NCBI GenBank assembly: GCA_963835575.1
Contig: CAWIGG010000002.1
Coordinates: 448,001 to 512,000, forward strand
Origin: an uncultured Spirochaetota bacterium
GTDB taxonomy: Bacteria > Spirochaetota > Brevinematia > Brevinematales > JAOACQ01
Length of the DNA stretch: 64,000 bases
Direction of reading: 5' to 3'
A program made the position numbers and the translations under genes. Shown here piece by piece: positions 61,499 to 64,000 of this stretch. The stretch's first letter is position 1. Every line of letters begins with the position of its first letter. The notes under the pieces were generated by a model. It worked only from the letters and a program-made list of their open reading frames with translations. It was not told the DNA's origin and made no database searches.

Positions 61499-62287
61499 AT
61501 GAAGTACATAATAACACTGATGCTTCTTGGAATGGTTTGGTCCGTATCCTATTCCGCGCTATTAAAGAAAACCGTTCAGTACAAAGAGGGCAGTACGGTT
61601 CTGGAAGGTTATCTGGTTTATGACGATTCCATTCAAGGCAAACGGCCGGGAATATTGGTCGCCCATGAATGGACCGGCGTCACACCGTATATTATGGGAA
61701 GGGCAGAACAGATCGCGCAGCTCGGTTATGTCGTTTTTGCCGAAGATATTTACGGGAAAGGCGTCAGGCCGAAGAATGCCGATGAGGCGGGTAAAGAAGC
61801 CGGTAAATTCCTGGCCGACAGGAAGCTGCTGTTGGAAAGGGCTTCGGCCGGTTTGAATGAACTGCTGAAGAACCCTTTTGTTGACCCGGCGCGGATCGCC
61901 GCGGTCGGCTACTGCTTCGGCGGAGCGGTTGTCCTGGACCTGGGACGGAGCGGGGCGGACCTGAAGGGCATAGTGACATTTCACGGCAATCTGGTTACAC
62001 CGCGTCCGGAAGATAACGCGAATATCAAAGCGAAGGTTTTGATCCTCCATGGCGCCGATGACCCTTATGTGAATGCCAAAGTTGTCAATGACTTTGAGGT
62101 CTCATTAAAAAAGACAAAGGTTGACTGGCAGGTTGTACTCTACAGCAGCACGGTGCATGGGTTTTCAAATCCCAACAATGGGAGCGATCCGTCAACCGGC
62201 CTGGCTTATAATCCGTTGTCAGACAAACGTTCCTGGCAGGCCATGAAGGATTTCCTGAACGAGATTTTTCCGGAATCCGGCAAATAA
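61499..62287 (+). CDS. Dienelactone hydrolase family protein
   Basis: HEW.G, GYCFGG, FHG, HGADD, HGF. Confidence 0.92.
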   Translation: MKYIITLMLLGMVWSVSYSALLKKTVQYKEGSTVLEGYLVYDDSIQGKRPGILVAHEWTGVTPYIMGRAEQIAQLGYVVFAEDIYGKGVRPKNADEAGKEAGKFLADRKLLLERASAGLNELLKNPFVDPARIAAVGYCFGGAVVLDLGRSGADLKGIVTFHGNLVTPRPEDNANIKAKVLILHGADDPYVNAKVVNDFEVSLKKTKVDWQVVLYSSTVHGFSNPNNGSDPSTGLAYNPLSDKRSWQAMKDFLNEIFPESGK

Positions 62288-62755
62288 AGATTGTTAATGT
62301 TTTTTGAACCATATAGGAACTCCTTACTCCGGCTCTTTAATAAGGACCGGAGGGAGTTTAGGATTAATGTCGAGCGGCCTTAATGTTAATTAAAAGCATT
62401 ACTCAACTATATATAAGAGGAAGAAAGGATTATTTGCAATTGACCTTAATGGGAAATTCTTTTTTTATTTCAGTTTTCTCATGTTTTTAAAGTAAGTATC
62501 GGATCCGGCTGCATTCATATAGGTTTTGTCTCTATTCTGTCTAAAAATCCCATAAATTACATTCAGTTCTGCCGGTGGGAAACGGGTTATTATTCAACTT
62601 TAATGAAAATATCAGGTATTTCCGGCGTCTTTTTTTTGAAATATTATCATTTATATATTAAGATTTATAAGGAAGAGGGAATAAGATATTTCCAAAGTTC
62701 CATTTTGGGAAATTGGAAATATCTTATTTTCATATTACTTTTTGGGGAGGAAAAG

Positions 62756-63001
62756 ATGGAAAATAATCTGAACGAAATGATGGAAAAGATCCTCAGTATT
62801 AAGCAGGAAATGGACAAGGTTGAGTTCAGAGTACTTAACACCAAAACCCATATTGAGAGCGTGGAGAAATCAATGGAAAAAATCAGTAAAGAGATTATTG
62901 AAGGTTTTCATATAGTCTCTTGTAAAGTAAATCATCTTGAAGAAGAAATGAAGAAAATTGAAATTCAGATTGAAACACTGTCAAAGAAAGGAAAGAAATA
63001 A
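62756..63001 (+). CDS. Small coiled-coil hypothetical protein
   Basis: GGAGG RBS before ATG 62756; heptad-like E/K-rich sequence. Confidence 0.65.
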   Translation: MENNLNEMMEKILSIKQEMDKVEFRVLNTKTHIESVEKSMEKISKEIIEGFHIVSCKVNHLEEEMKKIEIQIETLSKKGKK

Positions 63002-63026
63002 GCGCCGGAAGGCGCTTATTTCTTTT
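62993..63026 (+). terminator. Terminator-like hairpin
   Basis: AAGAAATAAGCGCC-GGAA-GGCGCTTATTTCTTTT. Confidence 0.65.
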
Positions 63027-63039
63027 ACGGGAGAAAAAG

Positions 63040-64000
63040 ATGCTTTCACAAATCACTGATAATATAAAAAAACTGCAGGCTGATTACGGTGAAATTCACT
63101 ATGAAGTTTTTTATTCAACAAAAATCGTCTATTCAAATAATAATATAGAAGCGGTTCATACTTCTAAAACAGCATCCGGCAATATCAGGGTCTTGATTAA
63201 CGGCGGGTGGGGCTTTTCTTCCTTTAATGAAGCCGATTTTGATAAAAACATATCTTCCGCAAGAAGAAACGCGGAACTGGTCAGCGGGCGGAAAGATATC
63301 AAGAAAAGCACGCTGTTTCTTTCAAAGCCTGTAAAAGCTGAAATAAAAACCGGTTTTAAGATATCTCCGGACAGTCTGTCTTTAAAAGAAAAAAATGAAA
63401 TAACCGGTAAATACAATAATCTTCTCAAGCATCCAAAGATTGCCTCGACCAGAGTCATTTATTCCGACTGGAAAACGGAGAAATACTTTGCCAATACCGA
63501 AGGGTCCGCGATATCGCAGACAAAAGTATTTACAGGAGTGTCCTACGGGGCCATGGCAAAAGACGGGAACAATGTTCAGCAGGCTTTTGAGTCGGTAGGA
63601 GAATACGGCGGGATGGAATTGGTACTGGGCCGGGAAGAAAAGGTCGAATTGATCAAGAAAAGGGCCATTGACCTTCTTTCCGCGAAGAAAGTTGAATCCG
63701 GAACTTATACTGTCATTTTAGACACGAACCTCGCCGGCGTTTTTGCCCATGAGGCGTTCGGCCATCTATCCGAATCCGATTTTCTCTATGAAAACCCAAA
63801 GATGCAGGAAGTGATGGTTTTAGGAAAAAAGTTCGGTCCCGGGATTTTAAATATTATTGACGACGGCTCCCTGCCGGGGCTCGCGGGCTTTACTCCCTAT
63901 GATGATGAGGGAATTAAGGCAAAGCAGAATTACCTGATAAAGGAAGGCGGATTAAACGCGCGGCTTCATTCGCGCGAAACTGCGGAAAAAATGAATGAAG
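63040..64000 (+). CDS. tldD: TldD/PmbA family metalloprotease (runs off window end)
   Basis: GNIRVLINGGWGFSS, GVFAHEAFGHLSESD, PYDDEG. Confidence 0.85.
   Translation, partial: MLSQITDNIKKLQADYGEIHYEVFYSTKIVYSNNNIEAVHTSKTASGNIRVLINGGWGFSSFNEADFDKNISSARRNAELVSGRKDIKKSTLFLSKPVKAEIKTGFKISPDSLSLKEKNEITGKYNNLLKHPKIASTRVIYSDWKTEKYFANTEGSAISQTKVFTGVSYGAMAKDGNNVQQAFESVGEYGGMELVLGREEKVELIKKRAIDLLSAKKVESGTYTVILDTNLAGVFAHEAFGHLSESDFLYENPKMQEVMVLGKKFGPGILNIIDDGSLPGLAGFTPYDDEGIKAKQNYLIKEGGLNARLHSRETAEKMNE

Noticed and set aside
62317..62600. Possible riboswitch or ncRNA after the dienelactone hydrolase gene
   Set aside because: Only one imperfect hairpin, probably a terminator; no recognisable aptamer consensus.

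Overview
Bacterial chromosomal window, possibly from a spirochaete (weak inference from the tRNA-Pro/Arg/His/Arg/Lys/Leu/Gly-tig arrangement and gene content). Housekeeping genes: tig, 8 tRNAs, thiG with a TPP riboswitch, dnaN, aroC, nadB, map, bactofilin, leuS, superoxide reductase and tldD. It also holds GDP-heptose/sugar-nucleotide genes and two paralogous MMPL transporters. Five complete IS elements have traceable ends: two IS1380, one IS110, one IS1182 and one IS5. The most striking signal is a pervasive repeat landscape. (i) Two REP-associated tyrosine transposase (RAYT) loci share one layout: a GTAG-REP upstream, inside and downstream of the RAYT, then a large, partly low-GC, now broken secreted-protein gene, with the unit bracketed by inward-facing ~9-bp-period repeat arms. 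One unit splits a normally contiguous operon. (ii) The same arms bracket an orphan gene and are the apparent target of the IS110, whose non-coding left end carries short matches to both target and donor (bridge-RNA-like). (iii) A dispersed palindrome also forms the P3 stem of the TPP riboswitch. Several single-base homopolymer frameshifts may be sequencing errors.
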